7,621 nucleotides of DNA from a virus (Duplodnaviria > Heunggongvirae > Uroviricota > Caudoviricetes), in the IMG/VR virus record IMGVR_UViG_2548877009_000008; one strand, written 5' to 3'. This document shows, piece after piece, positions 6,687 through 7,621 of the stretch. Under the pieces are notes generated by a model. That model searched no databases and was not told the origin of the DNA. It saw only the letters and a program-made list of their open reading frames with translations. Position 1 is the stretch's first letter; every line of letters begins with the position of its first letter. The position numbers were made by a program, and so were the translations under genes.

Positions 6687-6701
6687 TGCGGGTGCTTGAG
6701 G
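6687..6701 (+). promoter_or_regulatory. 5' element of hok mRNA (tac-like) complementary to the 3' element at 7066-7081
   Basis: TGCGGGTGCTTGAGG pairs with CCTCAACGCACCCGCA (7066-7081): 15 bp with one bulged base, checked by reverse-complementing the sequence. Confidence 0.5.
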
Positions 6702-6749
6702 CTGTCTGCCTCGGGCATGCCGCCGTAAGGCAGACGGAGAAAAGCCCCA

Positions 6750-6830
6750 GTTAACATTACGCGTCTTGCAGGACGCTTAACATTAATCTGAGGCCCAATC
6801 TATGCTTCACAAACGTAGGTTAGCCTCTTA
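6750..6830 (-). ncRNA. Predicted Sok-like antisense RNA region (boundaries approximate)
   Basis: By analogy with hok/sok, the antisense RNA should be complementary to the leader and upstream start region. A hairpin GCGTCTTGCAGGACGC (6761-6776) is flanked by direct repeats TTAACATTA (6751-6759, 6778-6786). No convincing antisense promoter was found, so this is a placement by analogy only. Confidence 0.2.
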
Positions 6831-7014
6831 CGTGCCGAAAGGCAAGGAGAAGCAGGCTATGAAGCAGCAAAAGGCGATGTTAATCGCCCTGATCGTCATC
6901 TGTATTACCGTTGTTGTGACGGCACTGGTAACGAGGAAAGACCTCTGCGAGGTACGAATCCGAACCGGCCAGACGGAGGTCGCTGTCTTCGTAGACTACG
7001 AATCTGAGAAGTAA
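6802..7014 (+). CDS. Upstream in-frame extension of hok (mok-like candidate, 70 codons)
   Basis: ATG 6802 with GAGG 8 nt upstream is in frame with hok and adds 19 codons; the other two forward frames across hok contain no start codon. Functional equivalence to mok is inferred, not demonstrated. Confidence 0.3.
   Translation: MLHKRRLASYVPKGKEKQAMKQQKAMLIALIVICITVVVTALVTRKDLCEVRIRTGQTEVAVFVDYESEK
6859..7014 (+). CDS. hok: Hok/Gef-family type I toxin (51 aa), closest to HokD/RelF by recollection
   Basis: Translation MKQQKAMLIALIVICITVVVTALVTRKDLCEVRIRTGQTEVAVFVDYESEK is nearly identical to the recalled E. coli HokD sequence. AGGAG lies 9 nt upstream of ATG; single transmembrane segment plus conserved Cys. 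Confidence 0.9.
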   Translation: MKQQKAMLIALIVICITVVVTALVTRKDLCEVRIRTGQTEVAVFVDYESEK

Positions 7015-7024
7015 GAGTGACCAA

Positions 7025-7081
7025 GCGAGGGAGAAATCCCTCGCCACCTCTGATGTGTCAGGCATCCTCAACGCACCCGCA
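7025..7081 (+). promoter_or_regulatory. hok mRNA 3' structured region: perfect 8-bp hairpin with GAAA loop (7025-7044) and fbi-like element (7066-7081)
   Basis: GCGAGGGA-GAAA-TCCCTCGC is a perfect hairpin; 7066-7081 is complementary to 6687-6701. A T-run at 7103-7112 may mark the transcript end. Confidence 0.5.
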
Positions 7082-7182
7082 CTTACCCCGTTTCGGCAGA
7101 CTTTGTTTTTTCCTGGCATTCTGGTTTACAATTCGCACGTCAGCCTGAACAACTGGCACCTGCTGCGTCACCGGAGAACCCG

Positions 7183-7455
7183 ATGGCGCAACATATAAAA
7201 TCCCACAATTCTGAAGTCGATCCGGCCATTAAGCGGGGGCGGCGTTCGCACGTATTTAAAACTGACTGGTACCAGCATCCCCCATGCACTGAAGAACAGG
7301 CCGAATGGCTGATCCAGTGTTACCGCAGGCGCGGATATGAGTTTGAGAAAGCCCTCAGCCTCGATTATCGTCACTGGATAATCTCCGTCAGGCTCCCTTA
7401 TTCCGAACGCCCACCGCGTCCGTCCCGCACATTCCAGCAGCGCATCTGGAGGTAA
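7183..7455 (+). CDS. Hypothetical protein (90 aa)
   Basis: ATG 7183 with GGAG 6 nt upstream. The overlapping minus-strand ORF 7168..7581 has an Arg/Thr/Ser/Pro/Gly-rich, antisense-like composition. No family recognised. Confidence 0.55.
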   Translation: MAQHIKSHNSEVDPAIKRGRRSHVFKTDWYQHPPCTEEQAEWLIQCYRRRGYEFEKALSLDYRHWIISVRLPYSERPPRPSRTFQQRIWR

Positions 7456-7456
7456 C

Positions 7457-7621
7457 GTGCGGGTATTACTTCGACCTGTTCTGGTACCGGAACTCGGTCT
7501 GGTTATCGTTAAGCCAGGCCGTGAATCAATGTCAGTATTCCATAACGGCAGAATATTGGTGGAGCCGGAACCGAAAAACATGCGCGGTCTGCCGTCCGGA
7601 GTCGTTCCTGCCGTTCGCCAG
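7457..7621 (+). CDS. 5' part of a hypothetical gene running off the right edge
   Basis: GTG 7457 sits 4 nt after GGAGG (7448-7452) and immediately after the preceding stop; the frame stays open to the window end (55 codons). The start could instead be ATG 7521. Confidence 0.35.
   Translation, partial: MRVLLRPVLVPELGLVIVKPGRESMSVFHNGRILVEPEPKNMRGLPSGVVPAVRQ

Noticed and set aside
6880-7119. Minus-strand 79-aa ORF antisense to hok
   Set aside because: Overlaps the Hok coding sequence and its 3' structured region; the expected antisense product of a hok locus is a short noncoding RNA further upstream, not a protein.
7103-7150. Possible promoter TTGTTT-17-TACAAT upstream of the 7183 gene
   Set aside because: Weak -35 and several equally plausible hexamer pairs in the region; may instead be the hok transcript end. 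Too ambiguous to call.
7168-7581. Minus-strand 137-aa ORF at the right end
   Set aside because: Arg/Thr/Ser/Pro/Gly-rich, antisense-like translation; overlaps two plus-strand ORFs that each have a Shine-Dalgarno sequence.
1-7621. tRNA, rRNA, integrase, att site, IS element or transposase
   Set aside because: No cloverleaf-compatible sequence, no long terminal inverted repeats and no transposase or integrase-like ORFs seen; the prophage ends are presumably outside this window.

Overview
This window reads as the immunity, replication and early-accessory region of a lambdoid (Rac/CP-933P-like) enterobacterial prophage. From left to right: a small leftward ORF with its own sigma70-like promoter; a terminator; a leftward cI-like repressor (XRE HTH plus S24 peptidase); a divergent AT-rich promoter/operator region; then a rightward operon of a Cro-like (YdaS-type) regulator, a YdaT-family CII-like protein, a replication initiator (HTH N-terminus, DnaT-like C-terminus) with an in-gene iteron array, and a DnaC-like helicase loader that appears inactivated by a small frameshifting deletion in the Walker A motif. 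Five uncharacterised genes follow, then a 27-codon membrane-peptide ORF, an apparently intact hok/gef-family type I toxin locus, and two further ORFs at the right edge. No tRNA, rRNA, CRISPR array, IS element or integrase was seen. The most interesting items are the hok locus (5'/3' mRNA fold-back complementarity visible in the sequence), the degenerate DnaC-like gene, a 23-bp motif repeated on both sides of the repressor gene, and the unannotatable cargo genes between the replication module and hok. All calls are from reading the sequence and from recalled protein families; no database search was run.
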